DNA of 64,000 nucleotides, from the NCBI GenBank assembly GCA_026709065.1, contig JAPOTS010000115.1, positions 5,929-69,928 of the forward strand. Reading direction: 5' to 3'. Made by a program: the position numbers and the translations under genes. The notes beneath the pieces were generated by a model. That model had not been told where the DNA came from, searched no databases, and saw only the letters and a list, made by a program, of their open reading frames with translations. Shown piece by piece: positions 19,426 through 30,127 of this stretch (its first letter is position 1; every line of letters begins with the position of its first letter). The DNA comes from Bacteroidota bacterium. Lineage in GTDB: Bacteria > Bacteroidota > Rhodothermia > Rhodothermales > Bin80.

Positions 19426-21441
19426 CTAAGTCCCCCTTGAATTACCTACGGCACCTGGAGACTGTGCTACAGGAGTCACCTAAGTACATGGTTGATGGTA
19501 AATTGGTGAAACATCTTATAGTGGAAGACGCTCTGAAATGCGACCAGGTACTGCTGGATTTACTCCTCCGAGATGAAGAAACAAAGTCGAAGTTTTTCGA
19601 AAAAATGGGGGGGGGGTATTTTCGTTTTCGACAAGGTGGCATTTCAAAAATATGTTACCCATGAGCAGTTCCTCCCTGGAAGCTACACGGTTTTCGAGAA
19701 TAAGATTGGGATATCCCAAGATCAGGCGTTTTTGACGCGAACGGGGGAGATCGTGCTTGACTTCCCCTACAAGGATAGCGTATTTCATGGGATACAGTCA
19801 CACGAGGATGCAGGGCACGATGAGATATTGGTAAATACTACCATCCATCAAAGGGATGTTGACAGACTGTTTCACCCCAAAGTTTTTACGAATTGGAGGA
19901 TGTACGAGGGTGGGACGGAGGACGAGATAGCCGCATTGCCTCGCGACATGGATGGCATGGTAGCCTCCAATCTAATTGTGAAGGGGAATAATCTGGTGGC
20001 ACTCCATTCACTGGTGAAGGTGTATAGACAGAAAGTTAAGATGATCTATATTGATCCACCCTACAATACTGGGGGGCCTGCAAATGCCTTTGGCTACAAC
20101 AACAACTACTCTCGCTCCACATGGTATACATTTATGCACAACCGATTGAAAGTCGCAAGAGATTTCCTGCGGGATGATGGTTTCATTGCAATAGCTATTG
20201 ATCACTATGAACTTGGATACTTGATTGTATTAGCCGATGAGATTTTTGGGCGAGAAAATAGAATAGGCATTATCACTGTTGTCAACAACCCCGCACTGAG
20301 AAATCAGGTAAAGTTCTTCTCCCCCACCAATGACTTCATGATCGTTTATGCACGCGATAAGGATGTATGCTCCATGAACAACGTGATCCTTCATGGAGAA
20401 TCCTTAGCGGAGTTCAACGAGGAGGACGAGGAGGGGAAGTTCAAATGGGTAGAGTTTATGCGCACAGGCGGTGGGCCACTTGGTCTTAGGGAAAATAAGT
20501 CAGAAAACTTCTGGTACCCGCTGTATGTAAGCGGTGATCTCCAAACCGTGTCTACCGAGCCACTTTTAGATCCCAGCTCAACTCCTGTATACCCCATAAG
20601 TCCGACAGGAAAGGAACGTACATGGGATGTAACAAAGGACTCAGCTCAGGAACTCGTCCAAGAATTATCCGCTAAGTTTCACGAGAAGCGGGGTTGTGTT
20701 GTCATCTACAAGAAGTATCGCGTCAGCAAAGGGGAAAAGGTGCCCACGGTTTGGTGGAAGAAGAAATATAACTCCAAGGAACACGGAACCAAATTGTTAT
20801 CGAAAATACTTGGTCGCAAGAATAGTGGATTTAACTATCCCAAATCCGTCTTCACCTTAGAGGACATCATCCGCACGCTCACGGAGCCTACGGATATCGT
20901 CTTGGATTTTTTTGCGGGGAGCGGAACAACAGGGCACGCAGTCCTCAACCTCAACTGGAAGTATGGAGAAAGCCGACGCTTCATTATGATTGAGCAGATG
21001 GACTACATTGAAGATGTCACACTCGCTAGGATTAACTCGGTGATCGCGGACGATATGTTTACCACTTGGCCGTCGGAGGTGCAAGGTGCAACTGAAGTGG
21101 CGAAGCCGACAGAATCAGGATCAAACGATAGGCTAATCTACATGGAGCTCGCCAGCCTGAAGCAAATTGATCTCGAGCGGATCAGGAATGCAACCAAAAA
21201 AGAACTGCTTGATCTATGGATCGGATTCCAGAGTGACCCGTTCATCTCCTATAGGGTTGAATTTGATAAGACCTCGGATGAGGAGTTCGCGAGGCTGCCT
21301 GTGCATTCACAGAAGAAAATCTTGCAGAAGATCATAGATCTCAACATGCTATATATTCCCTACTCGGAGATAAATGATGACTCATTCAAGGTTAGTGACA
21401 TAGACCGCCATCTAAACAAAGATTTTTACGGCAATGGGTAG
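19419..21441 (+). CDS. mod: Type III R-M DNA methyltransferase Mod; reading frame broken at a G10 tract (two ORFs, 19419-19664 and 19573-21441)
   Basis: Motif IV IYIDPPYNTGG and motif I FFAGSGTTGHAV. The Mod-like N-terminus continues across the G tract (...SKFFEKMGGG / IFVFDKVAFQKYVTHEQFLPGSYTVFENKIG). Loss of one G would give a continuous 673-aa protein. Confidence 0.85.
19607..19616 (+). repeat. Homopolymeric G10 tract inside mod
   Basis: Read directly from the sequence as aaaaATGGGGGGGGGGtatt. Confidence 0.9.
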
Positions 21442-24061
21442 ATCTTCGCTCTTGAATACTGCATCCGTACTCTACGAAGAAGGTCGCATGGCGAGTGAGG
21501 TGCGCGAATGGATTACACCCAATTTAAACCCCGCTTTTAATCTGCGACCTTACCAGACGGAAGCACTGATCAAGTACGATTGGGTCTATAATGAGAAACG
21601 TGAATTCAGACACCTGCTGTTTCAGATGGCTACGGGCAGCGGGAAGACGCTGATTATGGCGGGTATCCTGTTGGACCTCTATAAGAAGGGGTTCAGGGAT
21701 TTCATTTTTTTTGCTCACAGAACTGTGATTATAGAGAAGACGCGAGCCAACTTCCTGAACCCAGATTCATCAAAATACTTATTCGCAGATACTGTTTCCA
21801 TTGATGGTACCACCGTAGAGATTGTAGAAGTGCCAAAGTTCGGTGCGGGGCGGGAGGAGGACATGAACATTGTATTTACGACATTACACCAATTAGATAT
21901 CGATCTTAATAAGAAACCGTCAGAGAATGGATGCACATATGGGGATTTTAGGCGAAGGAGGGTCGTGCTAATCTCAGATGAAGCACATCACACTAATGCC
22001 AGCACAAGGGAGGGGGCACAGAAAACATGGGAGGAAACAGCCATACGTATATTTAAATCTCACCCCGATAATTACCTGTTTGAATTTACCGCCACTGCAG
22101 ACTTAGAGAATGAAAAGATATACAAGAAGTACGAGAACAAACACTTAGTTGACTACCCACTCAGAGAATTTAGGGCAAGCGGGTATTCCAAGGAGGTAAT
22201 GCTTATAGATTCGGATGTGGATAACGACTTTGAGCGCGCTCTGCTGGCGGTCTTGCTTAGTCAGTACAGGCTAAAGGTATTCGTCCATAATAGGATATTG
22301 ATCAAGCCTGTCATCCTCTTCAAGTCCAGCTCGATCAATAGTAGCGAGAAGTTTTTCGGAGATTTCGTGAGGGGGATAAGTGCTTTGACACCTGAGAGGT
22401 TGGAGCGGGTGCGGAAGCGGACGGAAAAGCAGGTGATCCGCGATATGTTTCAATACTTCGTTCAACATGGTATCACTTTCGAGAATTTGGTCTTAGAGAT
22501 ACAAGAAGACTTTTCAAGCGAGAAATGCGTTATGATCAACAGTAAACCTGATCAGGAAAATCAGCAGAAACAACTCATTGTTAACAGCATAGAGGATGCA
22601 GATAATCCTTACAGGGCCCTGTTCTCTGTCGACAAACTGAACGAAGGGTGGGATGTGCTCAATCTGTTTGATATAGTGAGGCAGCCCCCCAAGAACAAGA
22701 AGGGCACGAAATACAAAGAAACAATATCCGAAGCACAACTGATTGGGCGAGGCGCAAGATACTGCCCATTTAGGATATCCGAAGAGCAACCACTCTACCA
22801 AAGAAAATACGACGATTGCGAAACCTCAAAAAGCGGGCACCTCAAGATTTGCGAGCATCTGTACTATCACTGTGAGGGAACACGTAGCTACATAACTCAA
22901 CTCACAGATTCACTCAAGGAATCAGGAGTCAATGTAATGGGTGGGAGCGTGTCTAAAAAACTTGTCCTAAAGGATTCATTCAGAAAAACAGATATCTATA
23001 CTAATGGGGTTATTTACCTCAACGAGCAGGTGCCAGCACACAACATCCCAGAGGTAGACATTAGGGAGATGGTCTTGAAACATGAGTCCCATATACGATT
23101 TGCCACAGGTTACATGTCTATTGGTTCACTTGATGACCGCGTCCAGCAAGGTGGTCACGAAGAGCAAAGTCTCCCCGAGTCGCGCGTGTTCATGGTGCAT
23201 GAATTCCGCGAAGCCCTTATTCGCAAGGCACTCAATCGGGTACGTTTCTACAGGTTTGACAATCTCGTCAAGTACATACCATACCTACGGTCAGTCAACG
23301 ACTTTCTCCCCCACCTCAGCGATCTTAAAATTGGCTTCAGCGGGAACGCAGAGCAGGTATCCCGTCCCACACCTGAGATGAGATTGCAAGCACTCGTTTC
23401 TGCATTAGAGGATCTATCGTCCACGATTAAGCAGGAACACCGTGTTTACAGGGGGACAAAGAAATTCAAGGGGTATAGAATCAAAAAGATTTTCGGCAAG
23501 AATTCTGACGGGAAAACATTGCACTTTACCTTGTATGCCAATTCTGAGAGTGAAAGAGAATTCGGGAAACCACAATCCGAATCCCCAAGATCTGACTTGC
23601 AGATTGACTTATCACGTGAGGATTGGTATGCGTTCAATGAAAATTATGGCACATCTGAAGAGAAACACTTTGTCAGATATGTTAAGAACATAAAGGGCCA
23701 GTTACCAGTCGACTATGAGTTATACCTGCTCCGCAATGCAGGACATTTCAAGCTGTACACTTTTGACGGAGGATCCGCCTTTGAGCCCGATTTCGCAATG
23801 TTCATCATAAATAAACAGACGCACGAAACGCTGTGCTACCAGATTTTTGTTGAGCCGAAGGGGGAGCACCTCCTGTCCAATGACGATAGTCAATCAAAGG
23901 AGGTTTTTTTGAAGCAGATAACCGAAGAGTACGGTGCAGACACTCTACTGGATAACAGGCACTATCGGCTGATCGGGATGCCTCTGTACAACAAGGAGAA
24001 AAGAGGCAGGTCATTTGACAGGCAGTTAAAATCAATCCTGAATTTGCCTGAGGTTCCCTGA
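21434..24061 (+). CDS. res: Type III restriction enzyme Res subunit (helicase-nuclease)
   Basis: 875 aa. Helicase motif I QMATGSGKT, motif II LISDEAHH, and a C-terminal PD-(D/E)xK-like block FEPDFAMF...IFVEPKGEHL. Overlaps the mod stop by 8 nt. Confidence 0.9.
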   Translation: MGRSSLLNTASVLYEEGRMASEVREWITPNLNPAFNLRPYQTEALIKYDWVYNEKREFRHLLFQMATGSGKTLIMAGILLDLYKKGFRDFIFFAHRTVIIEKTRANFLNPDSSKYLFADTVSIDGTTVEIVEVPKFGAGREEDMNIVFTTLHQLDIDLNKKPSENGCTYGDFRRRRVVLISDEAHHTNASTREGAQKTWEETAIRIFKSHPDNYLFEFTATADLENEKIYKKYENKHLVDYPLREFRASGYSKEVMLIDSDVDNDFERALLAVLLSQYRLKVFVHNRILIKPVILFKSSSINSSEKFFGDFVRGISALTPERLERVRKRTEKQVIRDMFQYFVQHGITFENLVLEIQEDFSSEKCVMINSKPDQENQQKQLIVNSIEDADNPYRALFSVDKLNEGWDVLNLFDIVRQPPKNKKGTKYKETISEAQLIGRGARYCPFRISEEQPLYQRKYDDCETSKSGHLKICEHLYYHCEGTRSYITQLTDSLKESGVNVMGGSVSKKLVLKDSFRKTDIYTNGVIYLNEQVPAHNIPEVDIREMVLKHESHIRFATGYMSIGSLDDRVQQGGHEEQSLPESRVFMVHEFREALIRKALNRVRFYRFDNLVKYIPYLRSVNDFLPHLSDLKIGFSGNAEQVSRPTPEMRLQALVSALEDLSSTIKQEHRVYRGTKKFKGYRIKKIFGKNSDGKTLHFTLYANSESEREFGKPQSESPRSDLQIDLSREDWYAFNENYGTSEEKHFVRYVKNIKGQLPVDYELYLLRNAGHFKLYTFDGGSAFEPDFAMFIINKQTHETLCYQIFVEPKGEHLLSNDDSQSKEVFLKQITEEYGADTLLDNRHYRLIGMPLYNKEKRGRSFDRQLKSILNLPEVP

Positions 24062-24099
24062 GATTGTACCGTGACTACACGTATATACCCTGTAGCGAA

Positions 24100-24121
24100 T
24101 TACAGGTTGGCGTATAGTTCC
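24100..24121. repeat. Right terminal inverted repeat
   Basis: TTACAGGTTGGCGTATAGTTCC is the inverted partner of 18999-19020. Confidence 0.6.
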
Positions 24122-24122
24122 T

Positions 24123-24131
24123 AAAAATTTG
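24123..24131. repeat. Right copy of the 9-bp direct repeat AAAAATTTG
   Basis: Identical to 18990-18998. Confidence 0.7.
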
Positions 24132-24457
24132 ATCTCGTCTACTTTGTGCATGTATCAGAGCATCTGGCCGCCGAGAAATATGTCCATCAGACATTGAAAG
24201 ATTTCCGGTTAAATCCTGGAAAAGAATTCTTTAATGCCCCCCTTATGACCATCGTTAAGACTCTTGATGAAGCTGGTAACATATTTCAAATACCTCTTGG
24301 AAAAACTCAACACGCTGGCATGCTACCTCCAGCTCTGGAAAAACAGATCGTTCCCTGTCCTAGATGTAAAATGAAAAGCCGAGTTCCATTACTCGGAATT
24401 GATATATCAGTTACCTGCAGAGCATGTAATGCTCCTTACAAAGTCATAAACGATTGA
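24123..24457 (+). pseudogene. T5orf172-domain gene, 3' fragment with C-terminal zinc ribbon
   Basis: KFDLVYFVHVSEHLAAEKYVHQTLKDFRLNPGKEFFNA continues the 5' fragment in frame. The C-terminus has CPRC...CRAC. Confidence 0.7.
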
Positions 24458-24763
24458 TTTCGTCAAAAGCGGGTCGTCTCCATCTATTCAATATTTCCAA
24501 TTTCCACGATTTATCTTTCTTCTACCTCATTGCTCAACTTGGTCAATGTGAACTGCTTCTGATAGATAGTTGTGATTGTACAATCTATGCAATGCGTCTT
24601 GTTTTCGTAGCATAACGAAGGCTATCCATGGATTCTATACAAAGAATGTAAGATAATACAAGGGCAGCTGAAGCGAGTATGATCCAAATGACTATCCTGC
24701 GTGAATAAATTAGTTCTGATTATTAGGACACCGGGTGTATTTCAGTAGTATTGGAAAGGCGTA

Positions 24764-26031
24764 TCAATCAGGAATGAGTTCAGAGGGACACCAAGAAAAA
24801 TAGAAGACTGGGAAATCTGAACTGGATTCTGCTCCGAACAAACCGCTATCGCGTCGAAATGGAATATACAACGATATATGACCGTAGATTTCAGACTCAA
24901 CACTCGCATACGCTCGCCCCCCTTGTATCGTTTTTAAGAGTAAATTTGAGGGCAATTCCATTTCTCCAACCAATTTGTTATCTGAATCTATAATCATCCA
25001 CTGAGCGAATTCTGCGTCTGTGTCAGGGTACTGTCTGATCCAGATATGTCCATGATCATCAACCACCATTGCATCATATGCTGGTTTTGTTTCTGGAATT
25101 AATTCAGATTGAAGTATCACCTTGTGGTTTTCCTCCATGTAATTTGAGGCAACGATAGACTCTAATTCTTTCCGAGTAACAGACTGAACTTCATGTTCGG
25201 CTTTGATGTTTTGTATTTGTTCTCCCATATCTGAAATAATAGAGATATTAATCGTGTCATTCCATCCAGCATACAACACGCCGTTCTTAAAGACGAAAAA
25301 GGGCGACCTGCCAAAGGGTCGTAGCATTACAGTAATGGAAGACCCCTGAGTCTTAACTAAGCGCTCTGTGGCAGGAAGTTCTGCCATGGGGTGTAGCGCC
25401 TTAACATCTTGCCAGTCTACAAAATTTATTACACTAGTTCTAGGATCATCGGGTTCTATGCCCCATTCATTCCCAGGAGTGCGGTATGGTGTGTCAAATT
25501 TGTACAGATATCCCTTTTTCGTAACGCTAAGTAATTTAGAGGGACTGGAAAAATTTGATTCAGTGTTAATTGTATTCCTGCTGTAAGCGTATTGTAGCGT
25601 TTTTGGGTCAAATACTACGAGTCTATTTAACCCCCGGTCAAAAACATAGATTGAATCTTCAAGTCCAATGACTACGCTAGTGCTATTTCTGAACTCCCCA
25701 GGACCTTCGCCCTCGGCCCCTAAATGCCTGCGAAATCTCCTCTGTCCGAGAATGACATGATTGGAGATTCACCCCATCCACCTCCAACAAATAACTGGCT
25801 GTTACTATTCACGGCAATCTGTGAATTTAAATGAGATCTGAACAGGATAGTATCGCCAGCAGACTCGTCTCCAATTCTAAAAATCTCCGTAAACTGGTAA
25901 GGAGACTGGTTCACCTGAGCCTCTGTCTCTTGATGTAGGACAAAAGAAAAAGCACAAAGTATGGGGAAAAACGAGATAACTCTTACAGAAGACTTCATCA
26001 AAAACAGGATAGTGAGGTAGTAAAGGGTCAA
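24764..26031 (-). pseudogene. Secreted 6-bladed beta-propeller (NHL-like) protein with a single frameshift
   Basis: An N-terminal ORF with signal peptide ends in ...GDFAGI*. The next frame continues directly with GAEGEGPGEFRNSTSVVIGLEDSIYVFDRG... and runs into the 207-aa ORF. The frames differ by 1 nt at a T run near 25720-25726. Confidence 0.6.
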
Positions 26032-26109
26032 CGATGGAGATTAACGCAAGTTCGCTTAGCATGAAAAAAATGAACCGGTCTCTATGAAACTAGAAGAGTC
26101 GGCCTTGAG

Positions 26110-26340
26110 TTCTCAAGGCTTGGAGCGATGTCTCGGCTGGCTACTCCGAAATCAGTTTGATCCCATGAAAAAAGTCTCTAAGACGATTAAAAATCATCTC
26201 TGGGAATTATCAATGACATTGTTTGTTCTTTAACTAATGGCCCGCTGAAAGAATCAATAGCCGGATTAAAACCATCAAAGAGTGTGCACTAGGATTCCGA
26301 CATCAACAAAGATTAGTTTCCTGCTTGCGAACCGCCCCTT
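26110..26340 (+). pseudogene. ISL3-family transposase C-terminal relic
   Basis: Across frames: CLGWLLRNQFDPMKKVSKTIKNHL..., TNGPAERINSRIKTIKECALGFRHQQ. This resembles the ISL3 C-terminus (TNGxxEGxNxKIKxIKRxAYGFRN). Several stops and frameshifts are present. Confidence 0.5.
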
Positions 26341-26388
26341 TGGGCAAACAGATCTATCTTCATTCCAATGATTAGTCCATCCTCATCA

Positions 26389-27600
26389 TTACTCAAACAT
26401 CGCCCAGGGAAGCCGAGACACCAGCACAGGATCTCCTTTTGATGGATTGATTACATCCTCTTCAAGATGAATTAGACAATTTGCATGTTGTAGAGATGAA
26501 TACAAATTTGATGCCTGAGGCCCCGTAGTATGAACTATCAATGCTCCATCCTCTTGCGATTCTGCAATGCCCCGAACAAAATGATGCAACCCACTCTTTT
26601 TTTGAATTGACTCGGCTAAATAGGCTTTGTATTTAGGGGAATGTATCTGATGTCCCCCCATTAATTTTAATAATGTTGGGCGCACATATTGCTGAAAACA
26701 CACGGACGCAGAAACTGGGTTCCCAGGTAATCCAAAAACTAATGTTGACTCAAGCATCCCAAATAACATCGGACCTCCTGGTCGCTGACGAACCCGCCAA
26801 AAAACTTCTTCAAATCCCAATTCCAACAGAACACCCTTTACAAAATCATATTCCCCAACCGAAACCCCTCCGCTCATCACGATTACATCTGCATCTCTGC
26901 TATTGATAATTGCATCAGATATACTATTTTTATTATCTCTGGCTGTGATTGAACCTATCACATTCCCATTAACTTCCATAATCTGAGCAGATAAACCTGG
27001 TCCATTTGTGTCACGAATCCGTGCAGGTGGAAGAGCGCCTATTTCACTATACAATTCATCTCCAGTTACAATCAGTGCGACATCAGGAACCCTTCCTACC
27101 ATTACTTTCTGATACCCTGCTGTTGCAATCATACCTATGATCGGTGGAGTGATTCTAATTCCACTGTTAACAACAATATCTTTTTCTCTTACATCCTGTG
27201 ATGCCCGCCTAATGAATGTCGTTTCTTCGGGTTTTTGATGTATTCGTATGATAGTATCATTGATTTGGGTTGTCCATTCAACTGGAACAACTGCCCCAGT
27301 ATTGATAGGAATTTGTCCTCCCGTCATGATGCGGATACATTTTCCTGACTCTAATGGTATCTCTGGGACTTTACCTGCAGGAATTTCATCAATAATGGCT
27401 AAATCGTTAGGTAATAACTCCAAATCATCACTAATCACTGCAAATCCATCCATCGCTGAATTATCAAATGGAGGTATCTGCTCTCTGGTTCTAATGTCTT
27501 CACGTAATACTCTTCCCAAAGCACTGATCAGAGTAATTTCCACCTTTGGTAATAGAGGTGTCTTTGAATGTATTATTTGGAGTGCCTGTGATGGTGTCAT
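26389..27600 (-). CDS. moeA: Molybdopterin molybdotransferase
   Basis: MoeA/gephyrin E-domain-like over the full length ([23 protein letters not shown]-like block). I prefer the internal start [10 protein letters not shown] over the ATG at 27663. Confidence 0.88.
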   Translation of the reverse strand: MTPSQALQIIHSKTPLLPKVEITLISALGRVLREDIRTREQIPPFDNSAMDGFAVISDDLELLPNDLAIIDEIPAGKVPEIPLESGKCIRIMTGGQIPINTGAVVPVEWTTQINDTIIRIHQKPEETTFIRRASQDVREKDIVVNSGIRITPPIIGMIATAGYQKVMVGRVPDVALIVTGDELYSEIGALPPARIRDTNGPGLSAQIMEVNGNVIGSITARDNKNSISDAIINSRDADVIVMSGGVSVGEYDFVKGVLLELGFEEVFWRVRQRPGGPMLFGMLESTLVFGLPGNPVSASVCFQQYVRPTLLKLMGGHQIHSPKYKAYLAESIQKKSGLHHFVRGIAESQEDGALIVHTTGPQASNLYSSLQHANCLIHLEEDVINPSKGDPVLVSRLPWAMFE

Positions 27601-27693
27601 TAAATCCTTATTTTTTGATCGTTGTCTTAGTGGAAAGGTTTGGTTAAACCGAATATCTGCCAATTGATGATAAATGTGAAATGTTTGAATATT

Positions 27694-27934
27694 AGTGGAT
27701 AACCTGTCGTACTATGGGTCATGATTCCTGACCTCAGATTCTTGTTTCTAAGTCTTGGGGATAAAGTATCACTTATACACATGAATTACACAAACATCAA
27801 AACCGATAAATCACATAAATATACCTATCAGAGCTCCACATTGACTACTTATCAACATATCCACATTCTCTACAACATTAAAGTTTTTAATTTTTAAAAT
27901 ACAATTGATGTTAAATCATGAAATTTGTGGATAA
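27694..27934. promoter_or_regulatory. DnaA-box cluster with adjacent AT-rich tract (candidate oriC or DnaA-titrating locus)
   Basis: Six 9-mers with at most one mismatch to TTATCCACA: 27694-27702 (rc TTATCCACT), 27756-27764 (rc TTATCCCCA), 27773-27781 TTATACACA, 27849-27857 TTATCAACA, 27857-27865 ATATCCACA, and 27926-27934 (rc, perfect). An AT-rich stretch at 27880-27925 lies between the last two boxes. Confidence 0.5.
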
Positions 27935-29329
27935 ATGAAAATTAGATTGAAACTTGGGTTACTTTTTTGATGTAATCAACTTTGAAAGCTCAATGGATTC
28001 CGTTTTATGATTGAGTAATTATCTGATCTGGTAGAGAATATGTCAGTGATTCTCAAAATTAAACATTTTATCCAAGCCTAACAGTCAACTTTGTTTTGTA
28101 TAGCTTCCATTTATATCCGCACTAATGATACTTTGTAATTCAGAATAGACTATTGATTTTATCAAGCTATCATTTTAGGAGATTATTATGAGTGTATAGT
28201 TAAATTCCAATAGGGAGTTGTTATCATGAAGGACAATCTGCTCTATCGTATAATCAACCGATAATAAAATGTACATACAATAACACAGACCCCACAGCTA
28301 AGAGAGGTTGACATGCAATGATTTTGTTGATGTCCAGAGGGATCAGGTTTGACTCATCCGAAGCATAGGGGAAGCAAATATATGTAGTCCCCGAACAAAG
28401 TGAAAAGCGATAAATTTTTTTTGAGCAGGCGATTGATGAGCAAATGCGGAGTTCCTGACCCACATTATATGGTCCATTGATTGCGAACCTATGAGGGCTT
28501 AAAAAGTTAACGGAGTTAGACTTTTGAAGATTAACATCCGATCATGGATGCAAACAGAGATTCCAGTCAATTATTCTAGCAAATGATTAAGGTCTCTCGC
28601 CCTTTTTTCAAGGCTGAAAAGATATTAGGACTACTTTTAGTAAAGTGCATGGAAACAGAATTCTTGATGTGGGGACACCTTCTTGATACAAGGTCCAATA
28701 GGAGTTGGAAAGACAGCGTTGATTGATATAATCGCGAACGATACGAACGAAGCGGATTGAAAATCATGCGCCCATTCCCAATGCTCTATACATAGATGAA
28801 GGATAGATTTACTACTTACCAATGGAAATGGGTCAATACTACTATAATACGATACACGGGCAGATTTTATTGGAAGATAAGCGGGAAGCTCTGGCACGAT
28901 TCGTCATAGGTCCAATAGACGATACAACGATTAGATCTGCCATTTGTACAGACTACTGCAGCGTGGACTCATTCAAAAAGAATCAGTTAATCTATCTATT
29001 CACCTTAGCACTTTCACAGGGAATAATTGATCAGCGAAAATGTGGGCGCATAGCATCCCGCTCTTATTTATGCACAACTGGTTAATTAAGTGGTACGTTA
29101 GATTCAGTAGTCAAAATATCCAGCGCTTAGGCAAAGGATGGACTGCAGGAAGACAGCCGTTATCCTTCTCCCGTAAAGGAGGGGCATCAATTGGGGTGAA
29201 GAAAGATAAGCATAGAATTACAATCGGGTTCCAAAAGCAACGATTACATAAGACGCGGATGGCACACCCTAAAATGAATGGTGTTGACACACTCTGCGTA
29301 GACATGAATCTAATTTCCCTATTTAGTAG

Positions 29330-29833
29330 ATGACGGTTCACCCTCGTCGGCGCGCCCGATATGCTGTTCTACAGTCACTTTACGCATTAATGCACAGTGG
29401 TGATTCTCAGTCTCATATCTGTCAGACCGTGCTTAAACCAAGACTACCCCGTCAAGATGGAGCCATGCAAATGGGCTTTGAATTATTTGAGAAAGTGATC
29501 ATTAACCATAAACTCATTGATCAAATCATCTCCGAAAATGCCCAGAATTGGGATATTGAACGAATCCTCAAGATTGATTTAATCATACTTCGCATGGCCG
29601 TGTGCGAGTTTTTACATTTTGAACAGGTTCCACCAAAAGCAACCATTAATGAAGCAATTGATTTGGCCAAAATATTTAGCACTGAGGATAGCAAAAATTT
29701 TGTGAATGGGGTTCTTGATTCTATAGCGTTCAAATTGAGAAAAGATGGTCGATTAATAAAAAGTGGTACGGGGCTTCAAGGTTGGGACGAGATGGTTAAA
29801 CATCAGGATTCTCAACATCAAGAGAGTCAATAA
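29330..29833 (+). CDS. nusB: Transcription antitermination factor NusB
   Basis: 167 aa. RRRARYAVLQSLYA N-terminus and an INEAIDLAKIFSTEDSKNFVNGVLDSI block typical of NusB. Confidence 0.85.
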   Translation: MTVHPRRRARYAVLQSLYALMHSGDSQSHICQTVLKPRLPRQDGAMQMGFELFEKVIINHKLIDQIISENAQNWDIERILKIDLIILRMAVCEFLHFEQVPPKATINEAIDLAKIFSTEDSKNFVNGVLDSIAFKLRKDGRLIKSGTGLQGWDEMVKHQDSQHQESQ

Positions 29834-30127
29834 TCTGGATCCTAAGAAATTAACTATCTGCGACTCACTGATAGAGTTTGAATTAAAAGTAAGATTGGTA
29901 TATTATTCGTAACAACCGACCAAGGCTTTAACTTCGTAGAATGCACCAATCGTTAGGCAATTATTTTGATGGAACGGGAAACATTAATTATGCATAGATG
30001 CCATAATTCTTAGGGATTGTCCACATATAGCCATGCATAAGTAAGCGTTGATACTGAAAGAGAGGGAAGATTTCAATCAAATGCAGACTGAGATAAATAC
30101 TTCTCCACTAGATAACTTTTCTCTGCG

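Larger units (their letters stand above)
18999..24122 (+). mobile_element. IS1595-like TIR-bounded cassette carrying a truncated transposase and a Type III R-M system
   Basis: The 22-nt imperfect terminal inverted repeats match at 16/22 positions. A 9-bp direct repeat flanks the element. Removing the element rejoins the flanking T5orf172 reading frame. Confidence 0.6.

Noticed and set aside
28690-28760. P-loop-like peptide GPIGVGKTALIDIIANDTNEAD in the gene desert, which could mark an AAA/IstB-like ATPase relic.
   Set aside because: The open frame is flanked by stops and no further ATPase motifs could be followed in any frame. A Walker A look-alike alone is not enough.
29100-29329. Possible riboswitch or leader upstream of nusB (GGATGG...GAAGA-like strings reminiscent of the FMN element 3' end).
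   Set aside because: The conserved FMN riboswitch core helices and loops could not be found on either strand. The similarity is only a few bases.
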